Under the pieces are notes generated by a model. That model was not told the origin of the DNA. It saw only the letters and a program-made list of their open reading frames with translations, and did no database searches. From an uncultured Candidatus Saccharibacteria bacterium (GTDB taxonomy: Bacteria; Patescibacteriota; SOKK01): DNA of 64,000 bases. Every line of letters begins with the position of its first letter. Position 1 is the stretch's first letter. Below, piece after piece: positions 49,818 through 60,129 of this stretch. Made by a program: the position numbers and the translations under genes. The stretch spans positions 30,787 to 94,786 of the forward strand of contig CAZFJP010000010.1 of the NCBI GenBank assembly GCA_964518965.1, given 5' to 3'.

Positions 49818-52367
49818 TTATTCTTTTAAATTAATATGCGATCCGTTTTCATCTTTTGTCACCTCAATATGTGTGGGAAACTCTTCTTTTACTTCTTGTA
49901 AATGGGAAATTACTAAGATTTTGTCAAAATCATTACGGATAGAATTAATTGCAGCGATTAAGTTTTCTCTACCTGATTTGTCTTGGGAACCAAAACCCTC
50001 ATCAATAACTAAAAATTGTAATTTTGCGTTTGCACGCTTGGATAATAATTTTGATAGTGCGATTCTAATTGCAAAATTGATACGGAATGCTTCCCCACCA
50101 CTGAATAACTCATATGGCCGCGATCCAAGTTTGTCAGTGATTTTAATCTCCAATGATTCTTTAATCCCACCTGTTTTCTTTTCTTTCTGTGTCTCTAATT
50201 CCACTTGCATTTCTCCGCCAGTCATGCGATCTAAAATTAAATTTGCCTCGTTTTCAATCTCGGGCAGAGTATTTTCAATAATCATTGCTTGGATTCCATT
50301 CTTGCCAAAAGCATGCTCTAGAACGGTGAGATTTTTGGTATTTTCTTCAATTTGTTTAACTGTTTTGAGATATTTTTGAATATATTGCCGTGCTTCATTG
50401 CACTGACTTAATTTTGCTTCAATGAAGGAAAGGTTTTGTTGTTCGGTCTGAATAAGTCGCTCAAACTTGATATTCTCCTGTTTAAGATCATCTACTAAGC
50501 TACTAATTTGACTTAAATCTTTAAGGTTAGTAGTTGCTTTTTTCTGCGCGGCTAATAAATCAGCTTCTTCTTTTTGCTGTTCCTTAATTCTTTTTTCAAG
50601 ATTTTCTCGTTCTTCTGTTTCGCGATCAAAGTTCTCTTGAGCATTATCTAGACGATGTTTTTGTTCTCCAAGTGGTTTTAGTTTTTCCAGTTCTGTCTGA
50701 ATTATTTTATGTCGTTCTGGATCATAATTTAATTTTTGGATTTCTTCTTCAGTCTTACTTAAAATTTCTTGATCCAGTGGTGAAAAAGTCTTTTGGCCAA
50801 TTTTCTCTATAATTGTTTGCAGCTTATGTTTTAAATCTTTGAGAGTAGTTTCCTTTTCTTTAATTTGTCTCAACCGTGATTCCAGTTCACCTAATTTTTG
50901 TTCAATCACAACTTCAGCTAAAAGGAAACGGTCTAGCTCGTTAATTCTAATCTCAAGAGTAGCAATTTTTTCTTTCTTGGTTTTAATTACCTTTTGATTA
51001 GCAAGCCATTTACTTCTTTCTTCTTCCAGTTCAGCCTCAATTTTTCTACTAATTTTCTTGCGATGTTGATCGGTTAATTTTTGCTGGCACAAGGGGCAAC
51101 TTGCTTCTGCCGCTCTGATTAAAGATAACTTTTCTTTATTTTCCTCACCACGTTGTCTCAAATGCTCGTTCCTTGTTTTGAGAGTAACGATTTGTTCCTT
51201 CAGTTCATAGACCTGTTTTTCTAGTTGTAATTTCTCTTCTTTTTGCTTGACGATTTTTTTTAACTCCAATTTCGTTTTTTCTCGTTTAGCTTCCAGTTGT
51301 GATCTTTCTCCTTGTTCTTTCTCGATTTGGTTAATTTGGGTTTCTAGTTGTGCCTGCTCTACATCCAGTCGGCGTTTCTCGGTATTGAGACGTTCTTCAA
51401 TCTCACTACGTTTATTTTCTAATTGTCTCTGCTTTTCCAGTTTTTGAGTAAGTAACTGGTTTTCTTTTTCAACTTTTTTCCATTGTTTAAAGTTCGCTTC
51501 AATCGTCTCTTTTTCTTTAATGATAGTTTGATAGCGCGAGAGATTCTCCTGAATTTTTACTAAGCGGTTCTGGTTTTGATTGATTTCTTCTTTGAGTTTT
51601 TCTAGACGATTTCTTTTCTCTTTTAGCAATTCAAAATCAGCTAAAAGCTTGGATTGTTTTTGTTGAAATTTTTCCAAGTCAGAAGTAATTCGTTCCTTAT
51701 CTGATTTTAGTTTCGCTACTTTGTTTTTTAGCTCCGCTTCCTGTTTTTTGAGATTTTCCTCAGCGTCTAGTTCTCTTTCTTTCTCTTTGAGAATAGTTTT
51801 AAGTGATTCAATTTCAATTTTATTTTGGCGTAACTTGGCTCGAATCTTTTCTACTAACCTATCATAGTAGTCTAATCCTAAAATTTCACCCAAAATCTTT
51901 TTACGTTCCACCGGACTTTTAATAGTAAACTCATCCGCTCGGTCCTGTCTTAAAAATGCCGAGTTAATGAAAACGGAATACGGCATTTTTAAAATATCAC
52001 TTGTAAGTTTGTTTTGAGTTTCTTTGGAACTATTCTCGGTGATGTCATAAAACTCTCCTTTTTCAAAATGTTCCAGGTGAAGAACGGTTTTTTTAAAATC
52101 TTTTTTGCGGAAGACCCGGTAGTTTTCATCATTAACTGAAAACTCTAATTCTACTTCCATTTCTTTTGCACCAGAGTGAATCAAATCTGCTTCATCCTTC
52201 GCACGTGCCTCTCCCCACAAAGCCCAGGTAATTGCTTCAAGTAGTGATGACTTCCCTGCTCCATTGGGTCCGGTTAAGGAGGCAATTTGAAATTTATTAA
52301 AGTCTAGCGACTCTTCCTGTTCGCCGTAAGGCATGAAATTCTTGATTTTAAGTGTTTTGGGTAGCAT
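49818..52367 (-). CDS. sbcC: SbcC/Rad50 ATPase
   Basis: 'GPNGAGKSS', coiled coil with 'CPLC' zinc hook, 'FSGGE', 'IDEGFGSQD'. Confidence 0.93.
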   Translation of the reverse strand: MLPKTLKIKNFMPYGEQEESLDFNKFQIASLTGPNGAGKSSLLEAITWALWGEARAKDEADLIHSGAKEMEVELEFSVNDENYRVFRKKDFKKTVLHLEHFEKGEFYDITENSSKETQNKLTSDILKMPYSVFINSAFLRQDRADEFTIKSPVERKKILGEILGLDYYDRLVEKIRAKLRQNKIEIESLKTILKEKERELDAEENLKKQEAELKNKVAKLKSDKERITSDLEKFQQKQSKLLADFELLKEKRNRLEKLKEEINQNQNRLVKIQENLSRYQTIIKEKETIEANFKQWKKVEKENQLLTQKLEKQRQLENKRSEIEERLNTEKRRLDVEQAQLETQINQIEKEQGERSQLEAKREKTKLELKKIVKQKEEKLQLEKQVYELKEQIVTLKTRNEHLRQRGEENKEKLSLIRAAEASCPLCQQKLTDQHRKKISRKIEAELEEERSKWLANQKVIKTKKEKIATLEIRINELDRFLLAEVVIEQKLGELESRLRQIKEKETTLKDLKHKLQTIIEKIGQKTFSPLDQEILSKTEEEIQKLNYDPERHKIIQTELEKLKPLGEQKHRLDNAQENFDRETEERENLEKRIKEQQKEEADLLAAQKKATTNLKDLSQISSLVDDLKQENIKFERLIQTEQQNLSFIEAKLSQCNEARQYIQKYLKTVKQIEENTKNLTVLEHAFGKNGIQAMIIENTLPEIENEANLILDRMTGGEMQVELETQKEKKTGGIKESLEIKITDKLGSRPYELFSGGEAFRINFAIRIALSKLLSKRANAKLQFLVIDEGFGSQDKSGRENLIAAINSIRNDFDKILVISHLQEVKEEFPTHIEVTKDENGSHINLKE

Positions 52368-52375
52368 GGGTGAGG

Positions 52376-52491
52376 TGTCATTGCAAGAATTCCGATGAAT
52401 ATTGGGAGCCGAAGTAATCCTGTCAGGTTAATGATAATCGTTACAGGGTTGCTTTACTTCTCTTTGTTACGTTTAGGTCCTTGCAATGATA
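52376..52491. repeat. RPE/REP-like GTCATTGC..GCAATGA palindromic element
   Basis: Termini TGTCATTGCAAG / CTTGCAATGATA; inner GAAGTAATCCTGT / ACAGGGTTGCTTT stem. Confidence 0.7.
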
Positions 52492-52492
52492 T

Positions 52493-53722
52493 TTACTCTT
52501 CTAGCTCCTTCATAATTACCTGTGCTTCTTTTTTGAGAATGTCTATTTTATTTTGTGGCATTTTAGTTAATTTGAGATACTTCTCTAAGGTGTCTAAGGG
52601 TAACATTTCAACCGTGAGATCGGAACGAGTTTTTGTTTGATCAGTAAAGATTCGTTTTAATTGATAATGCGCAGTATCTTTCAGGATGTCGCTAAGACGA
52701 TGATGATCGATTTGATTTAAATTGCTTTTACTTCCTTTGATGATTACTCTCACAATTGCACCATTAAGTTTTATTTTTTCATCGCTAATTCTATCTAGGA
52801 CTAACGTTGGGTCTTTAAAGGTATCTAAACTATATTCAATTTCTACGAATCTCCGTTGTGCTGTTTTATAGAACTCTGCGACAGTTTGGGAATGGACCTT
52901 CTTGTCTTTCTTTTGGGGAAGGTTGATCAAAACAAAACCTTTTTCTTCGTCTTTTTCGCCAAAATCAACTCGTTCTAAACTTCCAGAATAAATTGTTAGT
53001 GGGTTTTCGGAAAGTTTCTGGAATCGGTGCATATGACCTAATCCAACATAGTCAAAATGATTGTTAAGTACTACTTCTTTCTTTAAGAAGACATTTAGCT
53101 CCATTTCTAATTCTTGCTCGGAGCCAAAGTTATGACCAAGAGGCAAATGAGCTAGTAGAATGCTGGGGATCTTAGGATTTAATTTCTTGGCAAAATTATC
53201 AATTTTTGCTTTAATTTGTTCTTCTAGAAGCGCTTGAATCTTATCGGGTTTGTTTTTAGGATCTGCCTTCAATGCTAGGAAGAGGTTTGAAAAATAGTCC
53301 CAAGGAATTCCTACAACTTGTACAATACCTTTACGTGTCTTAACTTTGACAGTTTCGGCACTGTCAATTACTGTGATGTCGGGAATATTTAGAACTTTAT
53401 AAATCTCTAGGGTATTAGCGCGATTCTTCACTCGTGGCAAGTCGTGATTGCCGACGAGTAGAACGACGGGAATTTTATTTTGCACTATTTTACTGATGCG
53501 TTTGGCAAATTCCCGTTGGAGTGTTTGATTAGGATTGCGATCGCGGAAAGCGTCACCGGCAAAGATTACTAAGTCAACTTTTTCACTAATTCCTTTTTCT
53601 ACGAGTAAATCAAAAGCCGCGAGGAAATCCTCCACGCGCGTGTTTAAACCAGTTTTCGGATTTAATTTGCCGTAGTTTTCAATGCCTAAATGCAAATCGG
53701 CAAAGTGCATTGCCTTTAGCAC
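52493..53722 (-). CDS. sbcD: SbcD/Mre11 nuclease
   Basis: 'ADLHLG', 'AGD', 'GNHD', 'LGHMH', 'YSGS..DFGE'. Confidence 0.94.
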   Translation of the reverse strand: MLKAMHFADLHLGIENYGKLNPKTGLNTRVEDFLAAFDLLVEKGISEKVDLVIFAGDAFRDRNPNQTLQREFAKRISKIVQNKIPVVLLVGNHDLPRVKNRANTLEIYKVLNIPDITVIDSAETVKVKTRKGIVQVVGIPWDYFSNLFLALKADPKNKPDKIQALLEEQIKAKIDNFAKKLNPKIPSILLAHLPLGHNFGSEQELEMELNVFLKKEVVLNNHFDYVGLGHMHRFQKLSENPLTIYSGSLERVDFGEKDEEKGFVLINLPQKKDKKVHSQTVAEFYKTAQRRFVEIEYSLDTFKDPTLVLDRISDEKIKLNGAIVRVIIKGSKSNLNQIDHHRLSDILKDTAHYQLKRIFTDQTKTRSDLTVEMLPLDTLEKYLKLTKMPQNKIDILKKEAQVIMKELEE

Positions 53723-53792
53723 TTGACTTTATATTATATTTGTAGTATATTATGAGTTCTTGCTAGAACCTTAACCTTTTATAGGAAAGAAG

Positions 53793-54032
53793 GTGGTTTC
53801 AGTGACTCTCAAAATCTCGCCAAAAGCAAAAGCACGTTCTGTTATTGGTATCATCACGATGATTATAGGGTTAATCGTTGTCATCGCGACAATTGCCTTT
53901 TTCGGTTTGAATTGTTTAGATAAAACGTGGGGGAAACTTCTTTTTACTTCCGGTCTTCTTCTCCTCGATGGAGGGTTTGTACTCATCGTGACCGATCTCG
54001 TTAACTTTATCTTTCCTCCACATCCTCGCTAA
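53793..54032 (+). CDS. Small 2-TM hypothetical protein
   Basis: Hydrophobic ORF with its own promoter-like region and a downstream bidirectional hairpin (54031-54066). Confidence 0.5.
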   Translation: MVSVTLKISPKAKARSVIGIITMIIGLIVVIATIAFFGLNCLDKTWGKLLFTSGLLLLDGGFVLIVTDLVNFIFPPHPR

Positions 54033-54064
54033 ATTCCGCTTGTCTTCGGACAAGTGGGATTTTT

Positions 54065-57010
54065 TTATTCTTCTTTTCGGTCCGGACAAAACTTCTTGAA
54101 CGGGCAAAGCTTACAGGCGCCAAATTGTGGCTTTGCAGTGAAGTCCGCTTTTTTAATACCTTCGTGAGCTTGTTTAATAATCTCTTTTGCTTTCTCCAAA
54201 TCTTTTTCAGTAATCTTTTTAGTTCCTGTGAGATTAGAACCCAAGAAAATCAGATGAACTTGTTTTGGTAGCTCGCCGTAAATATTTTTGTAAGCCAGTG
54301 CATAAATTTTAAGCTGTAAATTACTACTCGCTTCACTCTTGGCGGTTTTTTCATCTTTGGCAGTGGATGTTTTATAATCAGCAATTTCAATCCCCTCTTT
54401 GGTTTTATCTACCCGATCCATTCTTCCTTTAACTAAAATGTCATCAATAGCGAATTTAAAAGGTTTTTCGATGTAGAGAGGATTATCTTTCTTATCTTTC
54501 TCTTGCTCATAGAACTGTTTTAATATCTTAACCCCCTCTTCTTTGCGCATTAATTCATGCTCTTTGGTCAGAAAACCTTCGTTCACCCAATGTTTTTCAT
54601 AAGCTTTTTTAACTTCATCAAAAGACATAATCGTGCCTTTTTGCTTGTCCTTGAGAAAATCCTGAATGGTATTGTGAATCGCGCTACCGAAAACAATCGC
54701 ATGGTTACGTAGTAGTGGAATTCTTAAAATATTGATGTAGAAATATTTCTTCGGGCAAGTAATATAATCATCAATTTGTTTATTTGATAAAACTAGTGGT
54801 TTTTTAATCTTCAATAAACATTTTTGCGTTTTGAGTTTTTTGTTTTGAGTTTTTTTGAAGTTTTTAATCCGTTTTAACTGCGGCAAGCTAATCTTTTTAA
54901 AATCAATTTTCTCTTCTCCACCGATTGCTTCGGTAATAAATTGGGATGGTTTTTTTGGTTTTTTGAGATTTTGAAAATTAGCAGCAGATGTTAGATAGAG
55001 TAGATTTCTTGCTCTCGTCATTCCGACATAAAAGAGTCGGCGTTCCTCCTCTAAATGAGCATCTTTTTGAGGAAGAATCTCTTTGATCAATTTATCCGGC
55101 AAACGAATACTTTCACTTCTTTTGCGTAATGGAAAACGATCTTGGACGAGATTTACTAAGAACACGGTCTTGAATTCCAGTCCTTTGGCACTATGAACAG
55201 TTAGAACATTCACTGCATCAACGTTTGGATCAGGTTCAAATTCTGCTTCACCCTCACCTACTTCAATTAATCCTTCCAAATATTTTACAAACTCTCCAAT
55301 GTTTTTGTCGTTGTTGGAAGTTAATTCAAAGGATTTGATTTTATCAAAGAAACGAGATAAATTCTTAGTGATTTGTGGTGTTTCTTCTGAATCCTCACGC
55401 GCAAGTTTTGCAAGATAACCCTTATCTTCAAGAAAAGAGTATAATACCTGACCAACAGTATTGGTTTTAGTTTCCTCTAAGTAGTATTCGATATCTTTTA
55501 CGATTGTTTCAATAATTTTCTTTGCTTTATCACAAATGTCAATTTTATTTTCTAAACTATTAATATCTCGAAAAACTTTAAAGAGATCCAGATTCTTACG
55601 CTGGGCATATTGGTTACACAAAACTAGATCTAGTTGGGGTAGATCATAAATCTCAGAAGTAGCTAAATGAAATAATGCTAAGCTATCGGTAGGATTAGTT
55701 AGTACTTTTAAGAATGAAGTGAGTAACAAAATTTCCGGTCTTTGATAGTAGCTTTTCTCTCCGGAAAAAACGTAAGGAATATTTAGGTGTTTGAGAGAAA
55801 GAATAAATTGATCTAGGTGATTATTGGCACGTGCTAGAATGGCAATATCTCGGTACTCTAGAGTTTTATCTCTTTTTCCTCTAAAGGTGGATCTGCCTCT
55901 GGTAGACATCAATTTCTTGATTTCTTCCGCAACAAAATCCGCTTCTTCATAATCTTTATCAAAATGAAGATATTTTACTTCGCCCTTATCCTTCACTTCC
56001 GCTTTTAATTTCTTATCAATATGATTTTTAATTTCTAGGCGATCAGGGTTATTAAACTGAATCAATTGATAAGCATGATCCAAGATATTTTGACCGGAGC
56101 GATAATTTTGTGTCAGGACAACTTTCTTAGTATTGGGAAAACTCTTTTCAAACTGGAGGATGTTACTGATCGCCGCTCCTCTAAATTTATAAATACTCTG
56201 ATCATCATCGCCGACAACGGTGATATTTTTATGACTGGAGGCTAACAGTTTTACTAGTTCATTTTGAGCATAATTAGTGTCTTGATATTCATCAACAAGG
56301 ATGTATTTAAATTGCTCTTGATATTGTTTTAAGATATCTTTGCGCTTGCGGAAAAGATTTAACAGTAAAATAATCTGGTCGCCAAAATCTAAATAATTAT
56401 TCTCTTGTAGTAGCTTCTGGTAAGTAGTGTAAAACTTAGCAATTTCTTTTTGCCGCACAAAGTCGATCTTCTCTGCTTCATCTTTTGGCTCTTTCAAGGA
56501 ATCGGCGTATTTTTGATAATCTTCAGCAGAAATCTCTTCATCTTTTGCTCTACTAATCACCTTTAAGAGATTATCGATGAATCTCTCGGGACTGCCTAAT
56601 GGTCGTAATTCTTTTAAATCAAATTCCATCAGATGTTCTTTAACGAAGAGAGTCTGCTCTACACCACTTAAAACACGGAAGTCCGCAGAGAATCCTAATT
56701 CCAAATGATTATCCCGGATCAATTGATCGCCAAAACTATGGAAAGTGCTGATTTGGGTATCTACAAAGCCATACGGAACAAGCTGGTCTACTCTTTCTTC
56801 CATTTCCTGCGCCGCTTTATCAGTGAAGGTCAACGCTAAAATCTCTTCTGGCTTGGCTAAACCTTCTTTAATTAACCAGGCGATTCGTCTGGTAATAACC
56901 ATCGTTTTCCCTGTTCCTGCTCCCGCAATAATCAAAAGCGGACCGCTTTTATGGGTAACGGCTTTGAGTTGAGCGGGATTGAGATCTTTTAGTAGATCAT
57001 TTCTTACCAT
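54065..57010 (-). CDS. UvrD/PcrA-type helicase fused to PD-(D/E)XK nuclease with 4-Cys Fe-S motif
   Basis: 'AGAGTGKT', 'DEYQD', 'HSAKGLEF', 'EERRLFYVGMTRA'; C-terminal 'CP..GRMDRVD..ADYKT..QL.IY..CKLCPFKKFC'. Confidence 0.92.
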   Translation of the reverse strand: MVRNDLLKDLNPAQLKAVTHKSGPLLIIAGAGTGKTMVITRRIAWLIKEGLAKPEEILALTFTDKAAQEMEERVDQLVPYGFVDTQISTFHSFGDQLIRDNHLELGFSADFRVLSGVEQTLFVKEHLMEFDLKELRPLGSPERFIDNLLKVISRAKDEEISAEDYQKYADSLKEPKDEAEKIDFVRQKEIAKFYTTYQKLLQENNYLDFGDQIILLLNLFRKRKDILKQYQEQFKYILVDEYQDTNYAQNELVKLLASSHKNITVVGDDDQSIYKFRGAAISNILQFEKSFPNTKKVVLTQNYRSGQNILDHAYQLIQFNNPDRLEIKNHIDKKLKAEVKDKGEVKYLHFDKDYEEADFVAEEIKKLMSTRGRSTFRGKRDKTLEYRDIAILARANNHLDQFILSLKHLNIPYVFSGEKSYYQRPEILLLTSFLKVLTNPTDSLALFHLATSEIYDLPQLDLVLCNQYAQRKNLDLFKVFRDINSLENKIDICDKAKKIIETIVKDIEYYLEETKTNTVGQVLYSFLEDKGYLAKLAREDSEETPQITKNLSRFFDKIKSFELTSNNDKNIGEFVKYLEGLIEVGEGEAEFEPDPNVDAVNVLTVHSAKGLEFKTVFLVNLVQDRFPLRKRSESIRLPDKLIKEILPQKDAHLEEERRLFYVGMTRARNLLYLTSAANFQNLKKPKKPSQFITEAIGGEEKIDFKKISLPQLKRIKNFKKTQNKKLKTQKCLLKIKKPLVLSNKQIDDYITCPKKYFYINILRIPLLRNHAIVFGSAIHNTIQDFLKDKQKGTIMSFDEVKKAYEKHWVNEGFLTKEHELMRKEEGVKILKQFYEQEKDKKDNPLYIEKPFKFAIDDILVKGRMDRVDKTKEGIEIADYKTSTAKDEKTAKSEASSNLQLKIYALAYKNIYGELPKQVHLIFLGSNLTGTKKITEKDLEKAKEIIKQAHEGIKKADFTAKPQFGACKLCPFKKFCPDRKEE

Positions 57011-57930
57011 TGATAATTCTTAAAAGCCCATTTAATTAACCTTGCTGTCTCGGTAAATCTGTCATTGCTATTGATAACGATAGCGATAACCTGGTTGGAG
57101 GTTCTCTCTCCGGAAGCAAGCGCAATTAAACACCCTCCTGCTTTTTTAGTATACCCTGTCTTAATTCCCAAGACATTTAAGTTACTGTTAAGCAATTGGT
57201 TAGTGTTTTCCAAAGGATGAACTAATTTACCATCTGTTGATTTAACAGTTGTGGATTTGGTTTTCACTACTTCCCGCAGAAAAGAATTTTGTAATACTAC
57301 CTTAGCTAATTCTCCTAACTCTCTGACTGTGGAATAGTTTTCAACATCATTCAGTCCAACCGGATCTCCAAAGTGAGTATTTTCTAGTCCTAGTTCTAGC
57401 GCTTTGGTATTCATTGCTTCCACAAAGAGCTTGAGGCTACCAGAGGTAGTTCTGGCTAGGGTTTGAGCAGCGTCTGCGGCTGAGCTAATCAATAAACCTT
57501 TTAGCAGGTTAGCAACTGTAATTTCTTCACCCGGATATAGCCACATTTTATTTCCTTCTGTGTGAGTATCAGATTTACTCACAATTACTTTTCCATTTAG
57601 CGATTTATGGTCTAATACTACCAAGGCAGTCATTAGCTTGGTTAAACTAGCAATTGGCCTTTTCTGATCGGCGTCTTTAGCAAAGATAACTTCAGAAGTA
57701 GAGTGGTCTAAAACAAGTACTGACTTGGCACTAGTTACCGGATTGCTAATTTTAACAGTTCGTTTGCAGGGAGTAGGAGCAATCGGTAGATTAAAATTAG
57801 CAATATCTCGATATTCTGTTACTTGCGGCTGATTTAATTGATGGTGTTTGGAAATATTCTCTTGAATCGTACCAAAGAGATTAAGATGCTGAAGAAGGAT
57901 TAGAATAGCAATACTGATTGTTTTAAACAT
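57004..57930 (-). CDS. D-alanyl-D-alanine carboxypeptidase (S11)
   Basis: 'ASLTKLMT' (SxxK), 'SAAD' (SxN variant), 'KTGYT'. Confidence 0.9.
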   Translation of the reverse strand: MFKTISIAILILLQHLNLFGTIQENISKHHQLNQPQVTEYRDIANFNLPIAPTPCKRTVKISNPVTSAKSVLVLDHSTSEVIFAKDADQKRPIASLTKLMTALVVLDHKSLNGKVIVSKSDTHTEGNKMWLYPGEEITVANLLKGLLISSAADAAQTLARTTSGSLKLFVEAMNTKALELGLENTHFGDPVGLNDVENYSTVRELGELAKVVLQNSFLREVVKTKSTTVKSTDGKLVHPLENTNQLLNSNLNVLGIKTGYTKKAGGCLIALASGERTSNQVIAIVINSNDRFTETARLIKWAFKNYQW

Positions 57931-57936
57931 TTTGGA

Positions 57937-58644
57937 TTAGCTTCCTAATAATTTTGTGACTTCATTCGGACTCAATTTTCGATATTCCCCTTCTTTCAAA
58001 TTATCTAAAGTAAGATTTTTGATTCGCACACGCTTTAGTTTCAAAACATCATGGTGAAACTTATCAAACATTCTCCGGATTTGTCGTTTTTTACCTTCTT
58101 TGAGAATTACTCGGTATAAAGTAGTATTGGAAAATGATTTGATTAACTTAATTGTCGCAGGTTTGGTTTGATATTCACCTAACTTTGTTCCCTTTTGAAG
58201 GTACCTAATAGTTAATTCGCTTGGTTTGCCTGAAACTAAAACTTCGTATTCTTTTTCACATTCAAATGAAGGGTGAGCAATTTTTTGTGTCAGTGTGCCA
58301 TCATTTGTCAGTAATAAAAGCCCCTCGGAATTTTTATCGAGTCTCCCGACTGGATAAACTTTGGGGTCTTTTGGAACAAGTTCGGTTACTAATTTATCAG
58401 CATGAATGTCAGAAACAGTACAAGTATAACCTTTTGGTTTGTAGACGACGTAGTAGACTAATCTTCTTGGACTAATCGAGCTATCATTGACAATCACTCT
58501 ATCTTTATCTGGATCGATCTTTGTACCAAGCTTTTTAACTATTTTACCGTTTACTTTCACCAAACCAGCCAGAATTAATTTCTCGGATTGGCGACGAGAA
58601 GCAACACCGCAACGGGAGAGATATTTTTGTAATCTTTCTAACAT
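57937..58644 (-). CDS. rluB: RsuA/RluB family pseudouridine synthase
   Basis: S4 domain, 'VGRLDKNSEGLLLLTNDG', 'EGKKRQIRRM'; directly after scpB. Confidence 0.88.
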   Translation of the reverse strand: MLERLQKYLSRCGVASRRQSEKLILAGLVKVNGKIVKKLGTKIDPDKDRVIVNDSSISPRRLVYYVVYKPKGYTCTVSDIHADKLVTELVPKDPKVYPVGRLDKNSEGLLLLTNDGTLTQKIAHPSFECEKEYEVLVSGKPSELTIRYLQKGTKLGEYQTKPATIKLIKSFSNTTLYRVILKEGKKRQIRRMFDKFHHDVLKLKRVRIKNLTLDNLKEGEYRKLSPNEVTKLLGS

Positions 58645-58764
58645 AAAAACTATGTTCTAATCTCCCCCTCTATTCTATTAAGACAGAAGATTGAAAGTGG
58701 AAAGTAGAAGGATGAAGAAAGTCGCTCTTCAATCTTCAAATTTTCAATCGTCGGATTTCAGATT

Positions 58765-59295
58765 TCATTCTTCAATTCCCTCACTGTTTTCTAATTCCTC
58801 AACCTTCGGCAACTCTTCAACACTACTTAATCCCAAATGCTTTAAAAAATTAATTGATGTTCCGTAAAGAATTGGTCTTCCCGGAGAATCTTTACGGCCT
58901 TTTTCTTCAATTAATCCTCTAATCATTAAATTGCGGATACTTTCGCCGGAGTGTACTCCTCTGATCTTATCAATTTCTACGCGGGTAATTGGTTGTTTAT
59001 AGGAAATAATTGCTAAAATCTCTAGTGCCGCTTGGCTTAAATCTCTTCTTAATTCCTCGTTGAAGAACTTAGCAATAATATCAGCGTTTTGGGGATTGGA
59101 AACTAATTGGTAATAATTATCTTTCGTTACGATATTAAAGCCATGTCCTTGAAATTCATTTTGAATCTCGCCCAATACTGTTTTTAGATCAGCTGTCGAT
59201 TCTTTGGTAATACTTTTGAGCTCGTTTAAACTAATTGGCTTTTCAGCAACAAATAAAATACTTTCAATGATTGATTTCAGGTTAGAATTACTCAT
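58765..59295 (-). CDS. scpB: SMC-Scp complex subunit ScpB
   Basis: 'IESILF', 'LSQAALEILAIISYKQPITR', 'GRPILYGT'. Confidence 0.95.
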   Translation of the reverse strand: MSNSNLKSIIESILFVAEKPISLNELKSITKESTADLKTVLGEIQNEFQGHGFNIVTKDNYYQLVSNPQNADIIAKFFNEELRRDLSQAALEILAIISYKQPITRVEIDKIRGVHSGESIRNLMIRGLIEEKGRKDSPGRPILYGTSINFLKHLGLSSVEELPKVEELENSEGIEE

Positions 59296-59317
59296 TGATT
59301 TTAGTAGCTAATTTCTC

Positions 59318-60037
59318 TTATATTGAAGCTTCGGCGGGTAGAATTTTAATAGGTTCAAATAATTGATTCTGGACTACGTGAATAATCTTTTGTTTAATCA
59401 TTTCTAGAATTGCTAGGAAGGTTACTACTAATTCTAATCGAGAATGACTATCTTCTAAAACCTCATGAAGATAGATTTCTCTTCGCGATTTTATACTGCG
59501 ACTAATTTGTTCCATTTTCTCTTCTAAAGTAATAGTTTTTTCTAGTAATTCTTCACCAATCTGTTCTTCTTTTGGCATTCGTCTTAGTACTTCTTCAAAA
59601 ACTAACTTCAATTGATCAACGGAGACTTTCTGGGGTGGATAGAAAGAAGTAAATTGCTGAATTGTTTTTTCGGTCTGGCGTTCAAAAGAACGCTCGCGAC
59701 GTGAAGCAATCTCTTTTAGTTTGAGAGCAATGTCTTTGAAATGTTTATATTCTTGTAATCTCGCTTCCAGATCAATTACTTCTTCCTCTTCTTTCTCCGA
59801 CAATTGCATTTCCGGTAGTAGAACTTTTGATTTAATTAAAAGTAATTGAGTAGCGATGATTAAAAATTCTGCTGCTCTTTCGGTATCCTGTTTTGCTATC
59901 TCTTCAACATGTTTCAAATACTGGTCCGCAACATTTGCCAGACTTACTTGGGTAATATCAAGCTTCTCATTTTCGATTAGTTGCAGCAGAAGATCCAGCG
60001 GCCCAGTGAAGTTTTCAGTTTTAATTTGGAAGGACAT
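59318..60037 (-). CDS. scpA: Segregation/condensation protein ScpA
   Basis: 'FTGPLDLLLQLI', 'IKSKVLLP', 'FLAILEM'. Confidence 0.95.
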   Translation of the reverse strand: MSFQIKTENFTGPLDLLLQLIENEKLDITQVSLANVADQYLKHVEEIAKQDTERAAEFLIIATQLLLIKSKVLLPEMQLSEKEEEEVIDLEARLQEYKHFKDIALKLKEIASRRERSFERQTEKTIQQFTSFYPPQKVSVDQLKLVFEEVLRRMPKEEQIGEELLEKTITLEEKMEQISRSIKSRREIYLHEVLEDSHSRLELVVTFLAILEMIKQKIIHVVQNQLFEPIKILPAEASI

Positions 60038-60129
60038 ATGACTAAATGTAAAAAGTAAAAATCTTTCACAAACGGGATTCCGCTATGCGGGAAAATGAAA
60101 AGTGAAATCAAAATGCATTGGTTTTAAAC

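Noticed and set aside
49818-52367. SbcC as the SMC partner of ScpAB or as a Wadjet-like defence system
   Set aside because: It has a CxxC zinc hook rather than a hinge and an adjacent Mre11-type nuclease, so it is ordinary SbcCD; scpAB-rluB is the usual housekeeping arrangement
54065-54760. Cas4-like domain implying CRISPR adaptation
   Set aside because: It is fused to a UvrD helicase, and there is no cas1, cas2 or array in the window
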